From positions 1,036,951-1,100,950 of the forward strand of contig JADKGX010000001.1 in assembly GCA_016722065.1 (NCBI GenBank): a stretch of DNA of 64,000 nucleotides, written 5' to 3'. A program made the translations under genes and the position numbers. The stretch comes from Planctomycetota bacterium. GTDB lineage: Bacteria; Planctomycetota; UBA8742; UBA2392. Shown here one piece after another: positions 28,488 to 40,400 of the stretch (position 1 is the stretch's first letter; every line of letters begins with the position of its first letter). A model generated the notes under the pieces. It did not search any database, was not told where the DNA came from, and worked only from the letters and a program-made list of their open reading frames with translations.

Positions 28488-31400
28488 TCAATCGCCCCAG
28501 AACCACAGGTCGGTCAGGCCGCCCTGCTGCATGGCCGAGACTTCGCCATCCAGATAACCGCTGACCACCACCATGCGCGAACCGGCAGCGTCCCACACGG
28601 CGCCGTGCGCCCAACGGTTCTGCGGCCGCGCCACGGGGGGCAGAATTTCCGTCCAGGTGTTCGTGGCCAGGTCCATCGAGAACAAGCGACCCTCCGAGAA
28701 CGCGTTGAACCCGCCGTACACCAGCATGCGGTGCAACGCAGGGTCATACACCATGCTGTGATAAAACAGGCCTGCGGGCGCCGTGCCGACCTTGGCCATG
28801 GTGGTCCATGCCGGGGCACCGGACATGTTCAGGGAGTGCAATGTCGTCAACGTGCCGTTGTTGCTGCCGCCGTACAAGATCATCCTGTCGCCCACCGGGT
28901 CATAGATTGCGGCTGCGGCAATGCGCGCGTTGATGGAACCCGTCGCGGCGACCTGCGCCCAGACCAGTGTTGACAGGTTCAGCGCATAGGTGGTGTTCAA
29001 GAACGCGCCGGTTTCCGCGCGACCGCCAAAGATCACCATGCGCCCTGCACCGTCCACCACCGCCACATGCTGGGCACGCTTGCCGGGCGACGCGCCGCTG
29101 GTGGCCAGCAGCGTCCAGGATTCGCTGCCCGGCGTCAGTGTCAGCGCCCAGACTTCGTCCGTAATCGTGCTGTCGGCTACGCCGGTGCGGCCGCCATACA
29201 GAATCATGCGGCTGCTGCCGGCGTCGTAAATCATGGTCGCTGTGCGCCGCGTGCCAGGGCGAGCGCCAGGCGGGTCTATCCGCTGCCAAGTGGCAATCGG
29301 GGATGCCAGGTCCAGCGACCACAGTGAGGCATCAACCAGCCCGTCCACCAGACCGCCAAAGGCAATCAGCCTGCGGTTGACAGGGTCCAGGGCCACGGCC
29401 GTGTGGGCCAAGGCTGAGGGACTGGCCAGTTCGCCCAGCTGCGTCCAGCCCGCGGCCGGGGCGGAGGGGTCAATCTGCCATACATCGCGCAAGGGCGCCC
29501 CGGAAAGCAGGCCAAAGCCGATCACGAGTCTGGAACCGTCATAGGCGCCAGCGTGGGTGGTACGCGCTGAAGGGGCGGGAGCCGCAAAGGCAAGCTGCGT
29601 CCAGGCCGCAATAGCGCCACCGACGTCCAGTTGCCACAGATCGGACTGCGCCACTCCGGTGTCGCCGCCAAACAGCCATGCCATCGTGCCTGCAGTGTTG
29701 TTTCCGCAGCCAAACAACGCGCGGCCAACCGGCTGCGTGCCGCCAACTTGCGAGATGTTCGTCCAGCCCATGGTTGTCAGCTCAAACGACCACACTTCGT
29801 TGGTGAACGCGCTGGAGTGGCGCCCGCCAAAAATCACCATGCGGTTCTGCGCCGCGTCGAACATTGCCCCATGGCCATAACGTGCAGCAGGTGCGAGGCC
29901 TGACGGCACAAGCTGTGTCCAGGCTGAAAGGCCGAAGTCATAGGCCCAGGTTGTGCCAACATACGTGGTGGTAAAGCCGCCATGCATGATCGCGCGGTTG
30001 GTCAGGCTGTCATACACCAGCGAATGGCGAATGCTGCCCAGCGGGCCCGAACCGGCATGGGCCGTCCATACCGGAGTGCCGGCAAGATCGAGCGTCCAGA
30101 TATCGGCCTGGCGGGTTCCGGTGGCGTCCTGGCCGCCGCAAACAATCATACGCCGGTTGACAGCATCAAATGTGGCGGCGTGATAGACCCGCGCACCCGG
30201 CCCACCGGCAACGTTCAAACGTACCCAGGGCGCACCGGATATCGACCGGTCCATCACCCAGATTTCGCTGTAGTAGTTGTTGGCGTCCTTGCCGCCGAAC
30301 AGCACAAGCTGGTTGTTGAACGAATCAAACACGATCGTCGCGCCCCACCGCGCCGGAGGCGTGTTCGATGTCAATGTCGGGCTGCCCAAGAACGCCGGTG
30401 GCTGCACCGACAAATCCAGCACGCTGAACGCCACCAAAGCGACGCTGCCTGTGAACCCGCCATAGAATAGACCCTGCTGCCGCACCGGGTCAAATGCTGC
30501 CGCACCCTGCACGCGGCCTGCCGCGGCAGCCGGGTCACCCGGCAGTTGGGACCAGACATGCTGGTTGGGGCCGGAAAGCGGCATCGCAAATCCGTCCACA
30601 CGCACCGCGCCGCCGTTGTAGCCACTTTGCACGACGATGCGGTTACTGACGCTGTCATAAAGGTAGGTACCAAAGTAGCGGGCGCCCGGTGCGCCTGCCG
30701 TTGCCACCGACGACCACGAGAACGTGGTCAGGTTCATCTGCCAGGTGTCGGCGTTTGTGCCCGTGGATGACTGCCCGCCGTAAATCACCAGACGGTTGCC
30801 AGATGCATCCAGGGCCGCGGCTTGGCCACTGCGTGAAGGACCGCCTGTGGTGACCGGCCCGGTGCCCCAGCTTTCCGCGCCCAGGGTCAAATCCAGCGCC
30901 CAAGTGTCGTTCTGGTATCCGCTGCCAACACCGCCGTGCATCAGGGCGCGCTGGTTGCCGGCATCGTACGTAAACGATGCGGCATAGCGCGCCGCCGGCG
31001 TTGCCGGAGAGGCCCCGGCCAGCAGGGTCCAGGCTTCAGCGCCCGGCGTAAGGTCCAGGGCCCATACCTGGGCCGAAGTGCCGGAATCAGCCAGCCCGCC
31101 AAAGACCACCATGCGGTCGTTGGCGGCGTCATACAGCGCCGTCGAATACTGGCGCGAAGAGGGCGCAGTGCCCGAGGGCGAAAGCATCTTCCAGCCAAGC
31201 ACGGAACCAGGGCCGCGTTCATAGACCCATACCCGGTTGGTGCGTACAGTGCCGATCTTGCCGCCAAACACCACCATGCGGTCGTTGGCCTCGTCGTAGA
31301 CCGCAACATGCCCCAGCACTGGCGTGGCTTGTTCGCTGGGCGTTACGTGCTGCGTCCAGCCGCCGTTGCGCTGCAGGGTGAAGGCTGGGCTGCTGCCGGG

Positions 31401-34400
31401 GGTGCCGGGCTGCACGCCAATGAAAGGCGACAGCGTCAGCACGTAGTTGAACGCCGTGGTGTGGCGTTCCGTGGCATAGGCATCCCAGACCAGCGTGATT
31501 GTCGTGTTGGACGGCACACCCAGAATCGTATTGCCGGAAATCGTGCCCGCAGAGGTAGAAACCAGCACCGGCGGGCCGGCATTGGCGCCGCCGCTGTAGG
31601 TAACCACAACGTCAATGAATGTCGAAACCGGCCCATTGATCGTGGCCTGCACGGTCAGCGGGCCGCCGTTGTCGGCACTGACCGTAACGGCCGTGACGCT
31701 GGCCGGTGGCACGCCGTTGCCGGTCAAAGTCACGTCAAAGTCGCCACTGCTGCCGCCGCTGTCGCTGGTGATACGCAGCAAACTGGCCCGCGCGCCTGTG
31801 GCACCCGGGGTGAAGACCGCGTCGAACTGGAAGTTGCCGCCCGCTGCAACCACCACCGGCAAACTCGGGGCAACAGCAAAGGTCCAATCCGTTGCGTTGC
31901 CGGTCGTAAATGCCAGGCCGGTGATCGTCAGAGGCCCGGTGCCGGTGTTGTTCAATGTGTGGGTCAGCGGCGACAGGTTCGACGGGCTGCCGACATAGCC
32001 AGTGCCGAAATCAACCGGCGAGGCCGCAGCCAAAGTTCCCACAGTGCCGGTGCCGGTAACCGTGACGTCGAAATTGCCGCTGGTGCCGCCGCTGTCACTG
32101 GTGATGCGCAGCAGACTGTTGCGACCGCCGATGGCACCGGGCGTAAACGTGGCCGAAACAACCACGTTACCGCCGGCCGCAATCACAATCGGGAAGCTTG
32201 GCGCCACGGTGAACGCCCAGTCGCTGGCGTTACCCGTGGTGAAAGCCAGGCCGGTAATCGTCAGCGGGCCCGTGCCGGTGTTGTTCAGCGTGTGGTTGAC
32301 CGCACCAGAGGTCTGGAACAGGTTCAAGCTGCCGTATCCGACGGGCGTTGCGGTGCTCAACGTACCAACGGTGCCGGTACCGGTCACCGCGACGTCAAAG
32401 TCGCCGCTGGTGCCGCCGCTGTCGCTGGTGGTGCGCAACAGGCTGTTGCGCGCACCCACGGCACCTGGCGTGAAGGTGGCCGAAACAACCACATTGCTGC
32501 CGGCGGCAATCACAATCGGGAAACTCGGCGCCACGGTAAATGCCCAGTCACTGGCGTTGCCGGTCGTGAACGCAAGGCCGGTGATCGTAAGCGGGCCAGT
32601 ACCCGTATTGTTCAGTGTGTGGTTAACCGCACCGGTGGTCTGGAACAGGTTGATGCTGCCATAAGCCACCGGCGTCGTGGTTGTCAGCGTACCCACCGTA
32701 CCTGTGCCGTTGCATACAACATCAAAGTCGCTGCTGGGCCCGCCCGAATTGTACGTGATTCGCAGCAGTGTCGACCGTGCGCCGGGCGCGCCGGGGGTGA
32801 ACGTGGCCTGCACGTTTACATTCAGCCCTGCACCAATGTTGATGGGATAGGTCGGCGCAACCGTAAAGGCCCAGTCGCTGGCGTTGCCCGTAATGAACTG
32901 AAGGTTGGTCACCGAAAGCGGGCCGCTGCCCGTGTTCGAAAGTGTGTGCGTGACGGCCGTGCCGGTCTGAAACACATTGATAGTCGGGTAAATCACTGGC
33001 GAGGCCGAGGCCATGCTGCCCGTTGTGCCGGTACCCGATACGGCCACATCAAAATCACCGCTGGTGCCGCCGCTGTCACTGGTGATGCGCAGCAGACTGC
33101 TGCGGGCACCTGTGGCGCCGGGCGTGAATGTCGCCGAAATCACCACGTTGCCGCCGGCAGCAACCACAATCGGGAAGCTTGGCGCCACGGTGAAGGCCCA
33201 ATCACTGGCGTTGCCGGTCGTGAACACCAGGCCGGTAATCGTCAGCGGGCCGGTGCCCGTGTTGTTCAGCGTGTGGCCCACAGGGCTGCTGGTGACGCCG
33301 ACATTCGATGACCCGTAGGCGACAGGCGTTGCGGTGGCCAGCGTTGCCACGGTGCCGGTACCGTTAACCGTCACGTCGAAATCACCACTGGTGCCGCCGC
33401 TGTCACTGGTGATGCGCAGCAGGCTGTTGCGCGCACCCACGGCGCTTGGCGTGAGCGTGGCTGAAATCACCACGTTGCCGCCGGCAGCAATCACGATCGG
33501 CAAGCTTGGCGCCACGGTAAATGCCCAGTCACTGGCGTTGCCGGTTGTGAACACCAGGCCCGTGATCGTAAGCGGGCCTGTGCCTGTGTTGTTCAAAGTG
33601 TGGTTGACCGCACTGGTAGTCTGAAACAGGTTGATGCTGCCATAGGCCACTGGCGTCGCTGTTGTCAACGTTCCGACAGTACCTGTGCCGTTGAGGGTGA
33701 TGGTCGTGATCGTCGTGCCCACGCCAGCACCTTGGTCCCAGGTGATGCTGACCGTGGCTGTGCGCGGCCCAGTGGCCGAAGGTGTAAACACGCCGCTGAA
33801 TACGATGTTACCTGAACCCGCCACGGTGGCCGGGAAGGCCGGCAGACCACTGAGTGCCCAATCGCTGGCGTTGGCGCCACCCAGGGCAATGCCCGTGATT
33901 CGCATCGGGCCGGTGCCTGTGTTGTTCACCTGATGATTGGTGGCAGGGCTGGTTGAGACGCCCAAATTGCTGTTGCCGTAGTTCACCGGCGTGGTAACGC
34001 CAATCACGGCTTGGGTGCCGGTGCCATTGAGTGTGATGGTGGTAATCGTCGTGCCGACGCCGCCGCCTTGATCCCAGGTAATGCTGATTGTGGCTGTGCG
34101 CGGGCCTGTTGCCGAAGGCGTAAACACGCCTGAGAACACCATGTTGCCGGCAGCCGCCACGGTGGCCGGGAAGGCCGGCAGACCACTGAGTGCCCAATCG
34201 CTGGCGTTGGCGCCGCCCAGGGCAATGCCGGTGATTCGCATCGGGCCGGTGCCTGTGTTGTTCACCTGATGATTGGTGGCCGGGCTGGTTGAGACGCCCA
34301 AATTGCTGTTGCCGTAGTTCACCGGCGTGGTAACGCCAATCACGGCCTGGGTGCCGGTGCCGTTGAGTGTGATCGTGGTGATCGTCGTGCCTACGCCAGC

Positions 34401-37400
34401 ACCTTGATCCCAGGTGATGCTGATAGTGGCTGTGCGCGGGCCTGTTGCCGAAGGCGTGAACACGCCTGAGAACACCATGTTGCCGGCAGCCGCCACGGTG
34501 GCCGGGAAAGCCGGCAGACCACTGAGTGCCCAATCACTGGCGTTGGCGCCACCCAGGGCAATGCCCGTGATTCGCATCGGGCCGGTGCCTGTGTTGTTCA
34601 CCTGGTGGTTTGTAGCGGGGCTGGTTGAGACGCCCAGGTTGCTGTTTCCGTAGTTCACGGGCGTCGTCACGCCGATCACGGCTTGGGTGCCCGTGCCGTT
34701 TACCGTGACGTCAAAATCACCGCTGGTGCCGCCGCTGTCACTTGTGATGCGCAGCAGGCTGCTGCGGGCACCTGTTGCGCCGGGCGTGAATGTCGCCGAA
34801 ATCAACACGTTGCCACCGGCCGCAATCACAATCGGGAAGCTTGGCGCAACGGTGAAGGCCCAATCACTGGCGTTGCCGGTCGTGAATGCCAAGGCCGTGA
34901 TCGTAAGCGGGCCAGTGCCCGTATTGTTCAGTGTGTGGCCCACAGGGCTGCTGGTGACGCCCACATTCGATGACCCATAGGCCACAGGCGTCGCGGTGGC
35001 CAGCGTTGCCACGGTGCCGGTACCGTTGAGTGTAATGTTGGTGATGGTCGTGCCCACGCCAGCACCTTGATCCCAGGTAATGCTGATTGTGGCTGTGCGC
35101 GGCCCAGTGGCCGAAGGCGTAAACACGCCGCTGAATACGATGTTACCTGAACCCGCCACGGTGGCCGGGAAAGCCGGCAGGCCACTGAGTGCCCAATCGC
35201 CGGCATTGGCGCCACCCAAGGCAATGCCGGTGATTCGCATCGGGCCGGTGCCGCTGTTGTTCACCTGATGGTTCGTGGCCGGGCTGGTTGGGACGCCCAG
35301 GTTGCTGTTTCCGTAGTTTACTGGCGTGGTAACGCCGATCACGGCTTGGGTGCCCGTGCCGTTTACCGTGACATCAAAATCGCCGCTGGTGCCGCCGCTG
35401 TCGCTGGTGATGCGCAAGAGGCTGCTGCGGGCACCTGTGGCGCCGGGCGTGAATGTCGCCGAAATCACCACGTTGCCACCTGCCGCAATCACAGTCGGAA
35501 AGCTTGGCGCCACGGTGAAGGCCCAATCACTGGCGTTGCCGGTCGTGAACACCAGGCCGGTAATCGTCAGCGGGCCGGTGCCCGTGTTGTTCAGCGTGTG
35601 GCCGACCGGGCTGCTGGTTACGCCAACATTCGATGACCCATAGGCCACTGGGGTTGTCGCTGACAGCGTTCCGACTGTGCCGTTGCCGGTCAGGGCGACA
35701 TCGGTCTGGGTATTGATCGGGCCTGTGGTGTTGCTGAAGAACCGCAAAGTTCCGTTGCGGCTGCCGGTGCCCTGCGGAATGAACCGCACCTGAAACGCCG
35801 TGTTGCCGCCCGGCGTAACGTTGATTGGAAAGGTTGGCGCGGGTGCGGTAAATGACCAGTCACCGCCATTGGCGCCCACAAAGCTGGCGCCAGAAATCGT
35901 CAGCGTTCCCGACCCGGTGTTCGTCACGGTGTGTGTGATCGGCGAAAGCGGCGAAACCGTAAACACGTTGGTCGTGCCGTAGTCCACGGGCCCCAGGGGT
36001 GTGCTCAAGGTAGCCACCGTGCCTGTGCCCGTTACATTGACGTCGGTCAACGTGTTGATGAAGCCACCGGAATCGCTGGTAAACCGCAGCGTGGAAGCCA
36101 GGGCCCCAGTCGCCGTAGGAGTCAGAACTGCCGTAACATTGGCGTTGCCGCCGGCAAGAATCACAATCGGCAGGCTTGGCGCCGGGCTGAACGCCCACAT
36201 CGCTGCCTGGCCACCCGTGAACTGAATGTTGCTGATCGTCAGCGTGCCCGTGCCTGTGTTGTTGATCGTGTGCGTCACGGGGGAAAGACTGCTGGGCGTG
36301 AACAGGTTACTGGTGCCGTAGGCCACGTTCAGGCTGGTCGTCAACACGCCCGCTGTGCCACTGCCCGAAACCGCAATGTTGAAGTTGCCGCTGGTGCCGC
36401 CTGAATCGCTGGTCACGCGCAACGTGGAGTTGCGTGCGCCCACAGCCGTTGGAATCAACCTGGCCTGAACGTTGTTGCTGGCACCGGGGCCAATCAACAT
36501 GGGCAGGCTGGGGGCAACCACAAAGCTCCAGTCCGCTGCGTCGCCGCCGACAAACGCCAGGGCGGTAATCGTCAATGTGCCGGTTCCGGTGTTGGTAAAG
36601 GTGTGCGTCACCGGCGACAGGTTCGTAGGCGAACCCAGGTTGCCGGTGCCGTAGTTTGCCGAGGCCGCGGTGCTGAGAGTGCCCACCAGCGCGTTGCCGG
36701 TTACCGATACATCCGTGAACTGGCCAGCCGGGCCACCGGTGTTGCTGGTAATGCGCAACGTCGCAGCACGGCCCCCTGTGCCCTGGGGCGTGAAACTGGC
36801 CTGTATGTTGACTGTTGCACCAATGCCAATGTTGAAGGGCAAGCCGGGCGCCGAAGTCACGGCCCAATCGGCGGCATTGGCACCAATGAAGTTCAGGGCC
36901 GTCACCGTCAATACGGCACTGCCGGTGTTGGTCAGTGCATGGGTGATCGGTGAAAGCGGAGAAGTCGTAAACACGTTGGTTGAGCCATAGTTCACCGGGC
37001 CCAGCGGCGTGCTCAAGATACCTGCGATGCCCGTGCCCGTGACGGCCACATTGCGCGTTGTGTAGGGTGCACTGGCGTTGGTGACGTTGCCACTGAAGGC
37101 ACCCGATGCCGCGGGGTTAAAGCGCACAAAGATCGTGGTCAGCGTCGCGGCTTGTGCCGGGGTACGTGACAGGCTTGCAAGCCAGGGCCCGCCCGCTGCC
37201 AGCGCTACTTCAAAGTTGGCCGGTGGCGTAATCACCAGGTTGGCAGCCAGGCCAACGCCCTGCACGTTGTAGCTTTGCGCAGCCGAAGCCGTGCTGACCT
37301 GCTGGTTGCCAAATGCCAAGGGCCCGGCCGTGCTGACGGTGATTCCTGCGCCCGTGCCGCTTACCGCCACGTTCTGGGTTGCAGCACCCGTGCTGGCGTT

Positions 37401-40400
37401 GCTGACATTGCCAGCAGCAGCACCCAGAGACGCCGGGTTGAAGCGAACAAACACGGTGGTGGAAGCCACTGTGCCGCTGGCCGGGACCAGGCTGAGGTTT
37501 GCAAGCCACGGCCCGCCCGCAGCCAGGGCAACCTGAAAGTTGGCCGGAGGCGTAACCACCAGGTTGGCCGCGAGGAACGTGCCCGACACGCTGTAACTCT
37601 GGGCGGCTGAGTTGGTGCCAATCTCGACATTGCCAAAGCTCAACGGCCCGCCCACCACGCTGATGGTCGGCACCACGCCAGTACCCGAAATCGCGTAGTT
37701 ACTGGTTGCCGTTGCCGGCATGGTGGCGTCAGAATTGTTCCAGGTGACCGTAATGTTGGCCGTGCGCAAACCGACTGCGCCCGGTGTGAACACGATGTTG
37801 TAGGTAGCCGTGCTGGCGCCTGCGGCAAGCACCCCACTGGGGGCGACGCCCTGAATGACAAAGTCGGATGCATTGGCGCCAGTGATGCGAATGCCGTTGG
37901 CCGGCACAGGCGCGGGCAACGTGAGCGAAAAGTTGCCCATGTTCTGCACCTGAAAGCCCTGGGCCGCGCTGGGCGCGCCAACAGCCACGTTGCCGAAGTT
38001 ACTGAAGCCGGCCGTGGGCACGCTTTTCACCTGCGCGCGCTCGGCCGGCACGTACTGCACAAACCACGAAATCAGGCGGCCCGTGCCGCCGTTGCCGTCG
38101 TCGGCAATCGCGATTGTCCAGTTGCCCGAAGGGTTGGTGCCGTACAGCGCGTTGAAAGCCGCCGTGCCTTCCTCAATGTAACCATTGGCCGCGGTAAACG
38201 GCGCCGTGCCGCCCGTGACCGGCGTGTTGCCCGGGCTGAACTGCCGGTCGCCGTTGCGCGAAAGCCGCGCGTACACAAATGAAACCGCGCCGGTACCGTA
38301 GTCATTGCCGGTGCCGCCGTTGTCGGTCGAAAGCTCAATCACCCCCGCGGGCGGTGTCACGTTGGCGCCGTTGTTGATCGTGGTGTAGGGGCCGGCCCAG
38401 GTCACACCGGGCGGAATCAGCCAGATATCCAGGTCTGCGTCGTTGGCGTGGTCAATACGAATGCCAATGCGCAACGCACCAATCAGGTCACTGGTGGCCG
38501 GAATCGTGATCGTGTCGGTAATACCCGCCGCGTTGTTGTCCGGGATGCTTTTGCCAAAGGGCGGCGTGCTTACATACGTGTTGGGCGGATTCAGCGGGTG
38601 CGCCCCGTAATCCAGCGGGTAAGGCGCAATTTCACTGGTTGAACCCACAATGTCGGCATTTGTCGCGTGGCGCAGCGAAAGCACCGTGTTAGCCGGCGAG
38701 GCCTGAACCGTACCCACAATCAGCAGGAACTCGGTGGCGCCAGAAGCAACATTGAAGCCACCGGCAATATTGAACGTGGCCACAGCGCCGGCCATGCCGC
38801 CGTTGGCCACCAGTGTATCCGTGCCGGGGTCATAGACGCCGTTGGCGTTGACGTCGCGGTACAACGCAATCGCACTGAGGTTATTGCCGATGTTGAAGTT
38901 GTTGACTTCACGGGCGGTAATCTGGGTGACGCTGTTGGCGCCAAAGTAAGCCGAAAGCTCCAGTTGCCCGAACACGTTGCCAGCCGTGCCCGTGGTGGCG
39001 GGCAAGCCGGGGTTGTTGCTGTCGCCTATGTTGGCCCAGAACTGCGGCGTCGTAATAGGCACGTATTCAAGTTGCCAGGAAACCAGATAGCCCACGTCCT
39101 GGCCCCAGGAATCGACGACGATCAACTGCCATGTTCCGCTGGGGTTGCCGTTGTAAGAAAGATTCCAGGCCGTGGTGCCTTCGACGCGATACTGCGGCTG
39201 GGCCGTGAACGGCGAACCGCCGCCCGTGATCAAGCTGGAAGCTGGCCACGTGGGGTCATTAGCGCCAGACAGGCGCGCATAGTTGTAGGTGTAACTAGTG
39301 GCGTTGCTGCCCCAGTTGTTGCCGCCGCCACCGTTGTCGGTGGACAGTTCAATCACTTGCGGCGGGGCGGTAATCACCGGGCCGTTGTTTGGCACCGCGT
39401 AAGGCGGGTTCCAGACCACTCCGGGCGGCAGAAGGTAGATGTCCAGGTCCTGGTCGTACGTGTGATCCAGCCGGATACCAACCCGCATCGAGCCAACACG
39501 GTCACTGGTGGCCGGAATGGTAATGCCGCGGGTGATGCCGACCTCGTCGTTGTCCGTAATCAGATCCGGCTGCCCCGGCCGATATGTGAAGGTCGTCGCA
39601 GTAACAAATGGGCGCGGCCCGGCGCGCACCGGAAACAAACCGTCTTCGGTTAGTGGAGACCCGATTGAGGCCGCCGACAGAATCTCAATCTGCATCGAAG
39701 CCGGGGCCGGAGCGGCGACAACTGTGCCAACCAGCAGCAGGTTCACGCCCGCATTGGCCCCAATAGCCTGGGCAAAGTTGAAGGTTGCGTTGGCACCAGC
39801 CAGCACGCCCGCAGCCAGCAGCGTGTCGCCACCATCCAGCAAGCCATCGCCGTTGTTGTCGCGATACAGCGAGGCCGCAGAAATCAGGCTGGTCAGCGTT
39901 GTGTTCGCCACCTCATGAAACACAATGCTGGTCAGGTTGTTGGCAGCCCCACCAACAGCTTCCATGCGGTACTGGCCCAGCACCTGGCCGGCCTGTCCGC
40001 GTGCGATGGGCAAGCCCGGGTCGTTGTTATCACCCAGGTGGGCATACAGCGTGTTTGCGGCCACGGGGGTATAGAGGATCTCCCAGCTCACCAGCGTGCC
40101 GGTGCCCGTGCCGGTGTCGTCAGCGACTATCAGCGTCCAATTGCCTGCGGCGGGGCGCCCGTACAGCAACTCCAACCAGTCCGAGCCCTCGGGTGAATAC
40201 ACCATGGTGGTAAACGGGGACACGCCCGTGGTGACCGACGCCAGGCCGGGGGTCACCGGGTCGCCAGCCGCCGAAAAACGCGCATAGGACGACGGGGCCG
40301 CAGTGGTGCCGTAGTTCGCGCCGCCGCCGTTATCGGTCGAAAGTTCAATCACACCGCGCGGAATCGGTACGTTCAGGGCCTCTGATTGCGTGGAAAACTC

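Noticed and set aside
30936-33311. 791-aa plus-strand ORF, and many ORFs of 60-220 aa, antisense to the giant gene
   Set aside because: They mirror the repeat periodicity of the minus-strand gene and have low-complexity Arg/Gly/Ala composition. The minus-strand frame is uninterrupted for 12.7 kb with clear domain motifs.
31711-38039. Highly periodic ~330-bp repeats that might suggest a CRISPR array, satellite or mobile-element repeats
   Set aside because: The period is a multiple of 3. The repeats lie inside one continuous ORF and encode Ig-like modules. There are no short direct repeats with unique spacers, and no cas or transposase genes.
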